The notes: a model not told the origin generated them from the sequence alone. Counted from the first letter of the stretch, positions 1 to 10,917 are shown. The stretch: 64,000 nucleotides of DNA from Candidatus Poseidoniales archaeon (GCA_038146705.1 JAYQSB010000005.1:10628-74627), one strand, 5' to 3'. Numbers and translations are program-made.

Positions 1-747
1 TATATTCAAAATGGTCGAGTAAATGGTTCGACTTTTGATGGGGGTAGAATCACTGGAGATTTTTCCGACATTGATGATATTATGGTCTATGTACCGAACG
101 GAAATGAAATTGCATATGTGACTTCAAATCAGCCAACGACTGTTTCGATTTCACAGATAGGAGTTGGAGGTCATCTTGAATTTTCGATGAATGCAAGTGC
201 TTCTGTTATGGAAGATGATGTGCTTGAATTGTGGGGGACTCCGGTTGATTTACAAAACGCATCGATTATCGATATTGCTTTTGACAAGTACCACCTTGCC
301 GTTACAATCAACGTTTCTGCAACCGACCGTCTTGTTTTACTTGAACGAAACACATCTGAACAATGGCTTGTCAGTAATCCAAAATACCAAGCGGCAGAGC
401 CATCGATCGGATTTGGCCGTTTAGCATGGGTTGGAAAAGACCATTTGAATCCAACAACTCCACAAGAACAATATTTAGATTTTGAGTTATACTACCTTGA
501 TTTTGAGAAGAATCAGTCAAATGTGTTGACAGTTGACACATTAAATCAACACTCACCTCAAGTCCTTGAGCAACACATCGTGTATGTTGAGTCCGACGAA
601 GACGGCACTTCTACGGTTCGCGTTCATACATGGGAGCCAACATTACAAACTTACTCAAGTTTGGTCTTACAAATTGGAATTGTCTTGGCCGTGTTTGTCG
701 TTTTCATACATATATTGCAGCGTCAAAAGGAATATCGTCATCGATAA
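1..747 (+). CDS. Membrane-anchored protein with TolB-like/beta-propeller character (5'-truncated by window edge)
   Basis: Frame is open from base 1 through the 82..747 ORF; beta-rich repeats (LAWV, LYYLD, IVYVE); C-terminal TM helix followed by basic residues. Confidence 0.6.
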   Translation, partial: YIQNGRVNGSTFDGGRITGDFSDIDDIMVYVPNGNEIAYVTSNQPTTVSISQIGVGGHLEFSMNASASVMEDDVLELWGTPVDLQNASIIDIAFDKYHLAVTINVSATDRLVLLERNTSEQWLVSNPKYQAAEPSIGFGRLAWVGKDHLNPTTPQEQYLDFELYYLDFEKNQSNVLTVDTLNQHSPQVLEQHIVYVESDEDGTSTVRVHTWEPTLQTYSSLVLQIGIVLAVFVVFIHILQRQKEYRHR

Positions 748-1428
748 TTATCCGTGATACCGTACTCTTGCACGAATTTCATTCAACCGAACAATGACTT
801 CGTTTGCTGTGGGAACTCGACCACCCTCAAGTTCAACATCTTCACCGTGTTCAACATCGTACGCCAAATATCCAGCAATGACCTGTTCCATTGCTTCAAA
901 AAGATGAGGATGAGAGGCTCCAAGAATCTCATCAAGCACATGCAGGTCAATCCCAAACCGTTCAACTTCATACTCAATCGCTGCAAGGCCAAAATCAATG
1001 AAGACAATGGAATTATTCTGAACGATCATGTTGTTTGTCGATAAGTCTCCATGTGTAATTGCAAAGCGATGCAAAGAACGAATCATCCGTCCAACTTCAA
1101 ACAGGATGTTCTTCGTTGATTCATCTATTTCTTCAACAGAATTCAGTACCTCAATAAGAGTTATTCCATCAATTCTCTCCATGACCATTCGCTGTCCTTC
1201 AACATCGACATCGTAAAGGCGGGGGACAGGGAAATGATGCTGATTGAGTTTGAGCAGTATTCGACATTCGCTGATGAGTCTTCGTACACCTAGTTGATAA
1301 TCAAGGTCGGGATGACGCCAGCTTCTATTTCGCCTTTGTTTTCGTATCGCATCGTTGCCATACCACGAACCACGCCAAACCTCAGCCTCTGCACCGAGAT
1401 GAAGGCGTTCCTGCTCTTGAAAGGGCAT
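748..1428 (-). CDS. bud32: KEOPS complex kinase Bud32 (stand-alone)
   Basis: GAEA P-loop, YRHP-like WRHPDLD, HGDLSTNN catalytic loop, IDFGLA, C-terminal RVRY. Confidence 0.92.
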   Translation of the reverse strand: MPFQEQERLHLGAEAEVWRGSWYGNDAIRKQRRNRSWRHPDLDYQLGVRRLISECRILLKLNQHHFPVPRLYDVDVEGQRMVMERIDGITLIEVLNSVEEIDESTKNILFEVGRMIRSLHRFAITHGDLSTNNMIVQNNSIVFIDFGLAAIEYEVERFGIDLHVLDEILGASHPHLFEAMEQVIAGYLAYDVEHGEDVELEGGRVPTANEVIVRLNEIRARVRYHG

Positions 1429-1547
1429 GGTTCATGCTCCCTAGGCTTCTTTTTCAATTATGTGTTTAAATATCGTTGTCAATTGTTATGATTGAACAGT
1501 GAATTGTGTAGGGTGTTTGCTTCAAAAAGGGGAACAGTGTCGGAGAG

Positions 1548-2711
1548 ATGAGCAAGATGACTGTTTCGTTGCCAATGTGTGCTGTTGATTTTTCATCAAC
1601 GCAAATGTCTGATGAAGAACGGGCAATTTCTGAGCGTATTCAAGAAATCAAAACCCAGTTAGGTGACAAATTGCTTATCTTAGGACACCACTATCAGCGG
1701 GACAGCATCGTTATGCACGCTGATTTTTTGGGCGACTCGTTTATGCTCAGTCAAAAAGCTGCAGACTCAAATGCACAATACATCGTCTTTTGTGGAGTTC
1801 ACTTCATGGCGGAATCAGCCGACATTCTCACCTCAGATGAACAACATGTGGTTCTACCAAATTTGAGGGCTGGATGTTCAATGGCTGATATGGCGACACT
1901 AGAAGATGTTCAAGTTGCCTGGGATGCTATCCTCTCGGACACTGGCTTACTCGATCCAATTTCTAAAGCCGACCCAGCGAGCGTTGCAAAGGATGGAGAG
2001 GCCTTCCTCGTTCCAGTCACCTACATGAATTCAAGTGCTGATTTGAAGGATTTTGTGGGGAGACACGGTGGCATCGTTTGCACATCATCGAACGCAGAAG
2101 GTGTGCTCAAATGGGCATTTGAACGTGCAGGAAAAAATGGTTCAGTGCTGTTCTTTCCTGACCAACACCTTGGGCGAAATACTGGTCTGGCAATGGGTGT
2201 CTCTGAGGATTCTATGCCAACGTGGACGCCGGGCATCGGTTGGGGGCATGAATACAATCATCCAAGAATTATTCTTTGGCACGGCTTTTGTTCCGTTCAC
2301 AAACGATTCACACCTGCACAAATCGATGATTTCCGTTCCCGACATCCAAAAGGCATAGTCATCGTCCATCCAGAATGCCCTATGGAAACGGTTGACCTCG
2401 CCGATGCATATGGTTCAACACAATACATTCGCTCATTTGTACAACAATTAGAATCTGGTGCTGAGGTAGCTATTGGAACTGAAATCAATATGGTGGCACG
2501 TTTGGCTGATGAACACCCGGACAAACATATTGAATGTCTTGATAGCGAAATTTGCCCTTGCTCTACAATGTACATGATTCATCCAGCATACTTGATGGAC
2601 GTCCTTGAGCGAATTGTCGAAGGCGAGGTCCCCAATCAAATCGTCGTTCCCAAGGAAATTCAGCATGGCTCGATGCTCGCTCTTGAACGGATGCTGGCTG
2701 TTCCAAAATAA
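1548..2711 (+). CDS. nadA: Quinolinate synthase A
   Basis: LGHHYQ, FCGVHFMAE, AGCSMAD, YMNSSA, VHPEC, CSTM motifs with three Fe-S cysteines. Confidence 0.96.
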   Translation: MSKMTVSLPMCAVDFSSTQMSDEERAISERIQEIKTQLGDKLLILGHHYQRDSIVMHADFLGDSFMLSQKAADSNAQYIVFCGVHFMAESADILTSDEQHVVLPNLRAGCSMADMATLEDVQVAWDAILSDTGLLDPISKADPASVAKDGEAFLVPVTYMNSSADLKDFVGRHGGIVCTSSNAEGVLKWAFERAGKNGSVLFFPDQHLGRNTGLAMGVSEDSMPTWTPGIGWGHEYNHPRIILWHGFCSVHKRFTPAQIDDFRSRHPKGIVIVHPECPMETVDLADAYGSTQYIRSFVQQLESGAEVAIGTEINMVARLADEHPDKHIECLDSEICPCSTMYMIHPAYLMDVLERIVEGEVPNQIVVPKEIQHGSMLALERMLAVPK

Positions 2712-3131
2712 TCAAGATGACGTGATTAATCTCAAGTCTTCGATCGACCGTAACTCAGCAAGGTAGATCTGTTCGATAGCGTCGTATAATTCTCCATCAT
2801 CATAATCTTCCAGCATTTTGAGTAATGTGCCATACACTTCAGCAGCTTTTGTCTCGGTTTCTAACGCACTTTGAAGCATATCTTCGTATGAAGTGCTGTT
2901 TGAAATGGGTGTACTGTTTCGTTCTGTGACTGGCATGCCGTCCAATTTGACGATAGCCCGTCGAACAACATCAGCATGAGCAAGAGATTCTGTGGCTTCA
3001 CCTTGAAACATAGGGGCAAATTGAATTCTATGAAGGCCGCGAACAATGGCAGCAAAGTGGGCATACATATTGATGGCTCTCAGTTCCCATCCTAATGCTT
3101 CGTTGAGGGTGGTGATAAGATTCTGTGTCAT
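2712..3131 (-). CDS. Ferritin-like (bacterioferritin/Dps-type) protein
   Basis: Four-helix pattern LNEALGWELRAINMY...ESLAHA...ETKAAEVY; last ExxH degenerate (ELRS). Confidence 0.75.
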   Translation of the reverse strand: MTQNLITTLNEALGWELRAINMYAHFAAIVRGLHRIQFAPMFQGEATESLAHADVVRRAIVKLDGMPVTERNSTPISNSTSYEDMLQSALETETKAAEVYGTLLKMLEDYDDGELYDAIEQIYLAELRSIEDLRLITSS

Positions 3132-3174
3132 CTCAATCGGTATTGCTAAACATCGAACCTAAAAAGAGGTGACG

Positions 3175-3546
3175 CTAACTTTGGAGTAAATTGCCGCCCA
3201 ATTTCAACCCAATCAATGCCATAAGTGGACAACACAATATTGTGATGAGAACATATGGCACGACACTTGACCACAAATTTTGTTCAATCAGTTGAATTGT
3301 TTCCAATGAAAAAGCAGACATTGTGGTGAACGCGCCAAGAATGCCCGTGACGAGAAACAACGAGGCCTCGAACCCTAGGGAAGAATGAGCAGTTGCTGCA
3401 AAACATACACCAATGAGGAAAGAGCCAATCAAATTGACCAATATCGTTGCCTGTGGGAAGGGTTCATTTTCCAAAAATTCAGAGATACCAAACCTCATCA
3501 TAGCCCCAATTGCACCGCCAATTGCAACCAAAATGTACGAATTCAT
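3175..3546 (-). CDS. crcB: Fluoride channel CrcB/FluC
   Basis: GGAIGAMMR, VNLIGSF, GILGAFTTMSAF signature. Confidence 0.93.
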   Translation of the reverse strand: MNSYILVAIGGAIGAMMRFGISEFLENEPFPQATILVNLIGSFLIGVCFAATAHSSLGFEASLFLVTGILGAFTTMSAFSLETIQLIEQNLWSSVVPYVLITILCCPLMALIGLKLGGNLLQS

Positions 3547-3632
3547 ACCCTCCCGGAGCTAAGGGGAGAATTTCAATCATGTGGAGGAATGAAGGTTACC
3601 AATTCAAAAACATCAGACTTCCAGCGAACTTT

Positions 3633-4295
3633 ATGACCGAAACAATTTGGTTTGTTACTGGTAATGAAGGTAAATTCGTAGAAGCATCTCTTGCATTTGC
3701 TTCACTAGATATTGAACTCAAACAATTTCATCCTTCATCATTTGAATTTATTGAACCTCAGCATGTTGATTTACTTGAAATTTCTATTGCAAAATTGAAT
3801 CAAGCTGTTTCTCACCTGCGTGATATCGGAGAAGAGCCAAATGTTCTTGTCGAGGATGCTGGATTGTTCATTGATGCCCTCAACGGCTTTCCGGGAGTGT
3901 ATTCATCATACACATTTGATTCCATAGGCCTCGATGGCATCCTTCGGTTATTATCACATCTCACATCAGAAAATCCTATTCAATTGAGATCGTTAAGGAG
4001 TGCTTCATTTCAAGCGGTAGCCATGCTCCAATTTAAAGAAAAACAATACATAGGAAGAGGAGAGTGCAAGGGATACATTTCAACGATCATCAAAGGTGAG
4101 CAGGGATTTGCTTACGACCCACTTTTTATCCCAAATGATGTCGATTTGAAAGGTGAATCTTTGGCCCCAGGTGAATCAGGAATACGAAGCACACATGGAG
4201 CAACGTTCGGAGAAATTTCTTCCGATGAAAAGAATGAATTCAGTCATAGAAAAAAGGCTATTTTGGAAATTCTCAAAAATATCGACTTGGGGTGA
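3633..4295 (+). CDS. rdgB: Non-canonical purine NTP pyrophosphatase (Ham1/RdgB)
   Basis: FVTGNEGK, VEDAGL, GFPGVYS, GFAYDPLF, SHR motifs; start set at ATG 3633 because the longer ORF overlaps crcB. Confidence 0.92.
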   Translation: MTETIWFVTGNEGKFVEASLAFASLDIELKQFHPSSFEFIEPQHVDLLEISIAKLNQAVSHLRDIGEEPNVLVEDAGLFIDALNGFPGVYSSYTFDSIGLDGILRLLSHLTSENPIQLRSLRSASFQAVAMLQFKEKQYIGRGECKGYISTIIKGEQGFAYDPLFIPNDVDLKGESLAPGESGIRSTHGATFGEISSDEKNEFSHRKKAILEILKNIDLG

Positions 4296-4346
4296 ACAAT
4301 AAATAAAGACACACTCTCGGAGTAATTGCATAAGGAAGGTCATCTG

Positions 4347-5240
4347 ATGGGAGCAGTTCGAAATGTCATCGCTGTATCCTTTATTGCTGTGTTTTTTTAC
4401 TATTTGAGTGCTGGACATCTCACGGACAATGACAAATGGGTTCTCATCTCAATTTTAGGTGGCCTCGCATTTTTTTGGGTCATGCTCGGTAACCAACCAA
4501 AGCAAGTTCAAAGACCACAGCCTGAAGTTCAACCACAACCGTTGATTGAAACCGTTCTTGAAGAAGAAGACGATGAAGAAGTGCCTGCACCAATCACCTC
4601 ATCAGAAGAATCTCAACAAACCCTCCGAGAAAGGAAAATGGCGAAGATTGCTGCGATTGAAGCCAGAGTCGAGGAACATGAAACTGACAATGAGGTGGTC
4701 GTTGAAGTAGAAGAAGTTCACGTTGCAGAAGAATTTGTCGTTGAGGTGAGCCCTGAAACATTTGAAGAGGCAGATATCCAAGTGACCGTTACGGAAAGAA
4801 AAGTTCGTCACGATAAAATCCGAGAGCGAATCGAAGTACGAAGAAGAAACCAACTCGCAGATATACGTACTGTTGCATCTCAAAAATATCAGGAAGCAGA
4901 CCCGAGAGAGGACATAATTGCGTTACTTAAGCAACCGAATCACGGTTTGACTGTTCACCTCGAGCCAGAAAACCTTGAACCAGGACGCACTTATGGTAGC
5001 ACTTTTGTCCGCTTGGACGACCAAAACATTCTCCGAATTCGAGTTCCTCTTGATGTCGGTTTTGAGTCAGTCGCCAGTCTTTCAAAGGAAGAAGAGGCTG
5101 AGTCTGCCCCTATCATTGGTCCAGATGGAAAAATACTGCCCCCTCTTCTTGGTCCGGATGGAAAACCACTTCCATTACCGCCATTACCCTCTGCCTCGGG
5201 ACAACTTGCAGCTCTTAAGGACGACATGATGAATGAATAA
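4347..5240 (+). CDS. Hypothetical membrane protein (2 N-terminal TM helices, acidic/coiled-coil region, Pro-rich GPDGK tandem repeat)
   Basis: Long ORF, hydrophobic N-terminus, E/V-rich middle, PIIGPDGKILPPLLGPDGKPLP. Confidence 0.65.
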   Translation: MGAVRNVIAVSFIAVFFYYLSAGHLTDNDKWVLISILGGLAFFWVMLGNQPKQVQRPQPEVQPQPLIETVLEEEDDEEVPAPITSSEESQQTLRERKMAKIAAIEARVEEHETDNEVVVEVEEVHVAEEFVVEVSPETFEEADIQVTVTERKVRHDKIRERIEVRRRNQLADIRTVASQKYQEADPREDIIALLKQPNHGLTVHLEPENLEPGRTYGSTFVRLDDQNILRIRVPLDVGFESVASLSKEEEAESAPIIGPDGKILPPLLGPDGKPLPLPPLPSASGQLAALKDDMMNE

Positions 5241-5267
5241 CTGATTGAAACTCATAACAGTTGATCT

Positions 5268-6098
5268 TCATTTGTGTTTCCAATTGGGATCGGTTCGATT
5301 CAAAAACGCTTGAACGCCTATATTCTTGTCTTCTGTGTCAAAGAGGAGAGCGAACTCATCCTCCTCGATTTTGATGCCTTCAGATATACTCTCATCGAGG
5401 GCTGCACGAATCACTTTCTTAGCTACCGAGAGCGTATGGGATGATTTGCTGGCAATCGTTGAAGCGATAGAGAATGTAAAATCCTCCAACTCATCTGGTT
5501 CAAGGACATGATTGACGAGTCCGATTGCTTTTGCTTCTTCTGCCCCAATCATTTCTCCTGTGTACACCATTTCCATCGTTTTTCCATAACCGATGAGCGA
5601 AGCCAGTCGTTGCGTTCCTCCACCACCGGGAATAAGACCCAAATTGATTTCTGGAGTACCAAATTTCGAACGGGTTGAAGCAATTCGTAAATCACATGAG
5701 CATGCAATTTCACAGCCACCTCCAAGGGCAAATCCATCGACCATTGCAATGGTTGGTTTTGAAAGATTCCACAATGCTTCCCAGCCATTCATCGGGAAAA
5801 TAGGCCGGTCTTGACTTGTTTTATCGACGAATTCGGTGATATCAGCTCCAGCAACAAATGCGTTTGGTTTTGCCCTCTTACCTTCCTCTGCGGGAAGAGG
5901 TCTCGCACCGGTCACGACAACACAACGAATATCGTCACATTGCTCGATAAATTGAGAATACTCAACAAGTGCGGTCATGACCTCTTGGTTGAGAGCGTTC
6001 AATTTCTCTGGTCGATTGATGGTCAACACAGCAAAATTGGATGATTCATTCACCTGATGTGTCTCAAATGTAACTGATTCGTGATGGGGAGTCTCCAT
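5268..6098 (-). CDS. Enoyl-CoA hydratase/isomerase (crotonase family)
   Basis: INRPEKLNALN, FVAGADI, GFALGGGCE, PEINLGLIPGGGGTQRL; both catalytic Glu present. Confidence 0.93.
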   Translation of the reverse strand: METPHHESVTFETHQVNESSNFAVLTINRPEKLNALNQEVMTALVEYSQFIEQCDDIRCVVVTGARPLPAEEGKRAKPNAFVAGADITEFVDKTSQDRPIFPMNGWEALWNLSKPTIAMVDGFALGGGCEIACSCDLRIASTRSKFGTPEINLGLIPGGGGTQRLASLIGYGKTMEMVYTGEMIGAEEAKAIGLVNHVLEPDELEDFTFSIASTIASKSSHTLSVAKKVIRAALDESISEGIKIEEDEFALLFDTEDKNIGVQAFLNRTDPNWKHK

Positions 6099-6191
6099 GA
6101 TTGAAGCGAGGACGATGTAGTTCATCATGCCACCGATTTATTGAGATGAAGAAATGCGAGAAATCAAAACCTCATGTTCCTTCGTCGCTCC

Positions 6192-6968
6192 ATGCCTGAA
6201 CCTTCGCTTCCTCTTGTCAAAGCCAAGGATATGGCGAAAAAATATGGGGACTTTATCGCCCTTCATCCATTGAATGTCGAGGTTCATCCAGGCGAATTTT
6301 TTGGGGTCTTTGGTCCCAACGGGGCTGGCAAATCAACCTTCATCAAACTGCTTACAGGTCAACTTCGACCGAGCAAGGGCCAAATCGAAGTCCTTGGCAT
6401 CGATGCTGTGAACGACCCTCAAAAAGTCAAAGCGAATATCGGCATTGTCCCTGAATCAGAATCGCCTCCTTCGTTTCTCACACCAGTTGAATTTTTGGAA
6501 TTCGTTGCAAGACTTCGCGGAGTTGGTGATTTACACGAAACAGTGGCCGGTTGGATTTCTTGGTTTGGACTTGAAGATAAGCAAGACACGATGTGCAAAG
6601 ATCTCTCCAAAGGCCAACGACAAAAAGTCATGCTCGCAAGTGCGTTCATCCACAAACCAAAACTGCTCTTCTTGGATGAACCGTTTGCAAATTTAGACCC
6701 AATCTATCAACGAAAGTGCCGAGAGTGGCTTCTTGATCATGTAAAAGAAGGCGGAACGATATTTCTGTGTTCACACGTTCTTGAGATGGCCGAACGCCTT
6801 TGCAATCGTATGGCTATCATCAACGATGGAAAGGTGCTTGCTGCAGGTACGGTCAAGGGAATGAAACTTACACCCGAAGAAACCTTGGAAGATGTCTTCA
6901 TTCGCCTTGTGGGTAAATCTATTGAAGATGTGGAGCGAAGTCATGAAACCGATGATTCGGAGGAATGA
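6192..6968 (+). CDS. ABC transporter ATP-binding protein
   Basis: Walker A GPNGAGKST, LSKGQ signature, LFLDEP Walker B, SH switch. Confidence 0.95.
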   Translation: MPEPSLPLVKAKDMAKKYGDFIALHPLNVEVHPGEFFGVFGPNGAGKSTFIKLLTGQLRPSKGQIEVLGIDAVNDPQKVKANIGIVPESESPPSFLTPVEFLEFVARLRGVGDLHETVAGWISWFGLEDKQDTMCKDLSKGQRQKVMLASAFIHKPKLLFLDEPFANLDPIYQRKCREWLLDHVKEGGTIFLCSHVLEMAERLCNRMAIINDGKVLAAGTVKGMKLTPEETLEDVFIRLVGKSIEDVERSHETDDSEE

Positions 6969-8668
6969 ATTTGACGATGACCTATATCGAATCTCGCGAT
7001 TGGTCCGAAGTTCCGGAGAACCTTGGAAAACCAGTTTCGATTGAAACGAGCAATGGTGGGCAAATCATTCGTGAACCATTGCGGGGCCTGAGTGCATTCC
7101 GAGCGACGTTCAAAGTTATGTTTCATGAAGAACGACGAAAAAGTCTCGAGTTCGCAAAAAAACGTCACATGATCTTATTTCCACTCATGCTCATGTTTGT
7201 AACGACAATAGCAACGATTGGATTACAATTCCTGGTTGGTGATTCGGCTGCTCAAACAAGCGATATTGAATCGAAAACGTTCACATGGAATGAACTTCGT
7301 TTCGGTTTGCATGCACCACTACTCATGTTTAGTTTGGGCATGGGCACCTTCGCGTTTATGGGACGAGATGCGATTATTCAGCGAACAGCATCAAAAAACT
7401 ATCTCTTGGCATCGCCCGCTCTTCTTCCACTACCAAACTCAATAGCACATTTTGCATATTTTATCAAAGACCTCGTCTTTTACGTCATGCTCATCCTTAG
7501 CCCAATCATACTCGGTATGGCCATCGGAATCCTCCTCGACGGGATTGGAGGTGTAAACACCCCGCTCATGTGGACGTCGCTACCTTGGACTTGGGTTGCA
7601 ATGGTTGCAACGCTCGCTCAAGGACTTGCTCTTTCGTTTTTGATTTCCGCACTCTGGATGCTTGGTCGTCCCTTCACCTTTTTCACACCGCTTGCAGTTG
7701 TTGCATTTGCCTTGAGCGTCGGAACTGGTGTGTTTAACCTCAATCATGCGTTGTGGGGAATGTACATTCAAGAAAACCAGTTCATTGGCCCATTGCTCAT
7801 AGCCCTTGGAACATCTGTCGTCATTGGTGCATTTGCTTCGATTTTGATACGCGATGACTTTGATGTCCATGTTGTCCAAAAAGGCGATTTGCTAACTCCA
7901 GCCTACAATCGACTAGGTTTCCTTGGAAAAGGCACGATTCGACTTCTCGTTGCAAAGGAATTTGTCGACTTATTTCGTAGTGGATCAATTAAAAAAATGA
8001 CTGTTTCTTACTCAATTCCACTCCTTGTCCTTCTCGGAATGGCATGGCTCATTGACTTTGCAGAAGCCCCCATTCCCATCAACCTTCTCTCCTATGCACC
8101 TTTTCTGGGCTTTTTTGGCTTTAATTTCTACTCATGGCTCACCATTCTCGACTCTCCAGATTTCATGAATGGGCTACCGATGAAAGTTCCTGACCTCATA
8201 CGAGCAAAGGTTGTGGTGTACTTCCTTGCTACGTCGTGGATTTCCCTTATTTTCATCGTCCTGATGGCTTGGCGACTTGACGAGTGGGTTTCGCTTCCAA
8301 CAAGCATCATTGTGATGCTTGCGAATTCGATTTACATCGTAGCCCTCACTGCATTTTTGATGGGGTTAAGGCCAAATCGAGCAATATTTGATGCTTCGAT
8401 TATGATATGGTTTTGGATAGGAACAGTTCTTCCACTGCTCGGTTTGTTTTTGCTTTCTTTCACACAAGGCGATGTTTCACTTTACGGCAATTGGTGGGAG
8501 AGAACATCTGAAGGTGGCCTAGCCGCAACTGCTCAAATGTATGACGAAACAATGGTCCAGCAAGGTTACTTTGGGATGATCGGCATCTCGATTTTCTTGT
8601 TATTCGCTTCTGCATTTTTATGGAAATTAATGGACCGACGTTGGGGCAAAGCTGAGTTCTCAAATTGA
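6965..8668 (+). CDS. Polytopic membrane protein, putative ABC exporter permease
   Basis: About 12 or more hydrophobic segments; ATGA overlap with the ABC ATPase. Confidence 0.75.
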   Translation: MNLTMTYIESRDWSEVPENLGKPVSIETSNGGQIIREPLRGLSAFRATFKVMFHEERRKSLEFAKKRHMILFPLMLMFVTTIATIGLQFLVGDSAAQTSDIESKTFTWNELRFGLHAPLLMFSLGMGTFAFMGRDAIIQRTASKNYLLASPALLPLPNSIAHFAYFIKDLVFYVMLILSPIILGMAIGILLDGIGGVNTPLMWTSLPWTWVAMVATLAQGLALSFLISALWMLGRPFTFFTPLAVVAFALSVGTGVFNLNHALWGMYIQENQFIGPLLIALGTSVVIGAFASILIRDDFDVHVVQKGDLLTPAYNRLGFLGKGTIRLLVAKEFVDLFRSGSIKKMTVSYSIPLLVLLGMAWLIDFAEAPIPINLLSYAPFLGFFGFNFYSWLTILDSPDFMNGLPMKVPDLIRAKVVVYFLATSWISLIFIVLMAWRLDEWVSLPTSIIVMLANSIYIVALTAFLMGLRPNRAIFDASIMIWFWIGTVLPLLGLFLLSFTQGDVSLYGNWWERTSEGGLAATAQMYDETMVQQGYFGMIGISIFLLFASAFLWKLMDRRWGKAEFSN

Positions 8669-8735
8669 AGAGAAGACACATTCAAACTCATGTTCGATGG
8701 GGTATTTTCAAAGGCTATCGGCATCAGGGATTTCC

Positions 8736-9299
8736 ATGGGCAAGGTAGTTGCAGTATGCGGCATGCCTGGCTCAGGCAAAGGAGAGTTTGCAGCAATATT
8801 GGCTGAACACCACATTCCAATCCTCTCGATGGGTGATATGGTTCGAAGAGAAGTCCAAATCAGAGGCCTTGAAGAATCGCCATCTATTTTTGGAGAAGTC
8901 GCCCACGACATGCGGATGAAATTTGGTAAAAATGTCCTCGCAGTGAGGCTCGTTGAGGCGATTAACGAACTGCTCAATAGCCACAACGTCGTTCTTATCG
9001 AAGGCATGCGAGGTACTGATGAATTCGATGTGTTCCATCACGAATGGGGTGAAGATTTTATCTCTGTTGCAATCGACACACACGAAGACATTCGATTCGC
9101 ACGAATCCAAAAAAGAGGACGGTCTGAAGACGGGAGTAAAGAAGAGTTTGAACAACGTAATCAACGTGAAATAGGTTGGGGGCTTGACATCTTACTCAAG
9201 AATGCAGATGAAACCATTGGAAACGACGGGACCCTCGAGGAGTTTTCGAACCATGTTTTCGATTGGTTGAATTCAATTGGAGTGAAGGCTGAACATTGA
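8736..9299 (+). CDS. P-loop nucleotide kinase, archaeal UPF0200/dephospho-CoA kinase-like
   Basis: GMPGSGKGE, SMGDMVR, IEGMRG, RGRSED, RNQREIGWG. Confidence 0.8.
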   Translation: MGKVVAVCGMPGSGKGEFAAILAEHHIPILSMGDMVRREVQIRGLEESPSIFGEVAHDMRMKFGKNVLAVRLVEAINELLNSHNVVLIEGMRGTDEFDVFHHEWGEDFISVAIDTHEDIRFARIQKRGRSEDGSKEEFEQRNQREIGWGLDILLKNADETIGNDGTLEEFSNHVFDWLNSIGVKAEH

Positions 9300-9396
9300 A
9301 ATAAGGACCAATTTCAGCCCGTCTTTCTTAAGTTCAACACCTAAGTGTTATAGTCGGGTATTGAGTGAACTAACATGGTTAGGAGAGGGCGTCAGC

Positions 9397-10917
9397 ATGG
9401 CAAGGAAAAAAGGTGAAGGTCAACAACGACGCAAAAAGCCACAGGCACAGTATGATGAACTCGACAAATATCCTGTTATGCCTCCACACGCATTTGCTCG
9501 AATCGTACGCGACAAACAAACGCTGAACATCATTTACCAAATTATTGAACCGCCTATGACCAAAAAAGAACAGGAGCAACGAGACGAGATTCTGGATATT
9601 TTCATTCGTTCACTCACCGCGAACATCGAAGATATTGATGCAAATCCAGAAGCATATATACGAACAGCAATGGATAAAGTCATCAAATCCTATGGTATGA
9701 AAATCAACAAGAAATCGAAATCTAAGATTTTCTATTATATTCGACGTGATTTGATTGGTTACGGTCTCATGGATGTCCTCATGAATGATGTGAACGTTGA
9801 AGATATTTCACTCGACGGAACGAATGTTCCCATTTTCGCCTACCATAGAAAATTTGAATCTGTGGAAACAACGGTTGTATGGACAACCGATGAAGAACTC
9901 GAATCGTACGTCATTAAACTCGCTCAGCGTTGTGGAAAACATATTTCTGTGGCAGAACCACTTCTTGACGCAACGCTGATGGATGGGTCTCGAATTGTCA
10001 TGAAACTTGGTCACGAAATTTCGACCCGTGGTTCAGCATTTTGCATTCGACGATTCAAAGACGATCCATTTTCACCAGCAGATATTGTGGCTTTCCGAAC
10101 GATGTCTTCACTCATGGTTGCATACCTTTGGATTGCGTTCCAGAATGAAGTACCAATGCTTTTCGTCGGAGGTACAGCATCAGGAAAAACAACGACACTC
10201 AACGCTATGTGTGTTTTCATTCCATGGCAAATGAAGATTGTATCTATCGAATCAACTCGAGAGGTAAATATTCCCCAACCAAACTGGGTTCCTGGTTTGA
10301 CAAGACAAGGATTTGGTGGTGAATCGTCAGATGGTGTCATTGGAGAATTCGAACTTCTCAAGGCAGCACTTCGTGAACGGCCTGAGTACATCATCGTGGG
10401 TGAGATTCGTGGTGCTGAAGCATATGTGTTGTTCCAGGCGATGGCAACAGGTCACTGTGCATACTCAACTGTGCACGCAGATTCTGTTCCTTCACTTGTG
10501 CACAGATTAGAGAATAAGCCAATCGATATTCCTCGTGTTCTCCTGCCTGCACTTGAAGCCTGCTCAATTCAAATTCAAACTCGTATCAATGGAAAGCGTG
10601 TTCGAAGGACGAAGCAACTTGTGGAGATTGTCGGTATTGATCCAAACTCAATGGAAGTCATCACCAACGAAGTGTTTCGATGGGACGTTTCAAGTGATGA
10701 TTTCGTCTTCAGTGGAAAATCCTATGTTCTCGAGAAAATAATGGTAAAAATCAACTACAGTCAAGAAGAAATGCGACGTGAACTGAGAACAAGAAAAAGA
10801 ATCCTTGAGTGGATGGTTCTCAACGATATCAGGAAAGCCGACCAGGTTTCACAGATTGTAACCGAATACTATGTGCGACCACATGAAATTATGGCACGAG
10901 TTGATGGATTACGATAA
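9397..10917 (+). CDS. Type II/IV secretion ATPase (archaeal PilB/FlaI/VirB11 family)
   Basis: GGTASGKTT, ALRERPEYIIVGEIRGAEA, AMATGH, STVHA; SD-like GGAGAGG upstream. Confidence 0.93.
   Translation: MARKKGEGQQRRKKPQAQYDELDKYPVMPPHAFARIVRDKQTLNIIYQIIEPPMTKKEQEQRDEILDIFIRSLTANIEDIDANPEAYIRTAMDKVIKSYGMKINKKSKSKIFYYIRRDLIGYGLMDVLMNDVNVEDISLDGTNVPIFAYHRKFESVETTVVWTTDEELESYVIKLAQRCGKHISVAEPLLDATLMDGSRIVMKLGHEISTRGSAFCIRRFKDDPFSPADIVAFRTMSSLMVAYLWIAFQNEVPMLFVGGTASGKTTTLNAMCVFIPWQMKIVSIESTREVNIPQPNWVPGLTRQGFGGESSDGVIGEFELLKAALRERPEYIIVGEIRGAEAYVLFQAMATGHCAYSTVHADSVPSLVHRLENKPIDIPRVLLPALEACSIQIQTRINGKRVRRTKQLVEIVGIDPNSMEVITNEVFRWDVSSDDFVFSGKSYVLEKIMVKINYSQEEMRRELRTRKRILEWMVLNDIRKADQVSQIVTEYYVRPHEIMARVDGLR

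Noticed and set aside
3547-3632. Fluoride riboswitch upstream of crcB
   Set aside because: Could not find the GGCGAUGG...CUGAUG consensus on the minus strand
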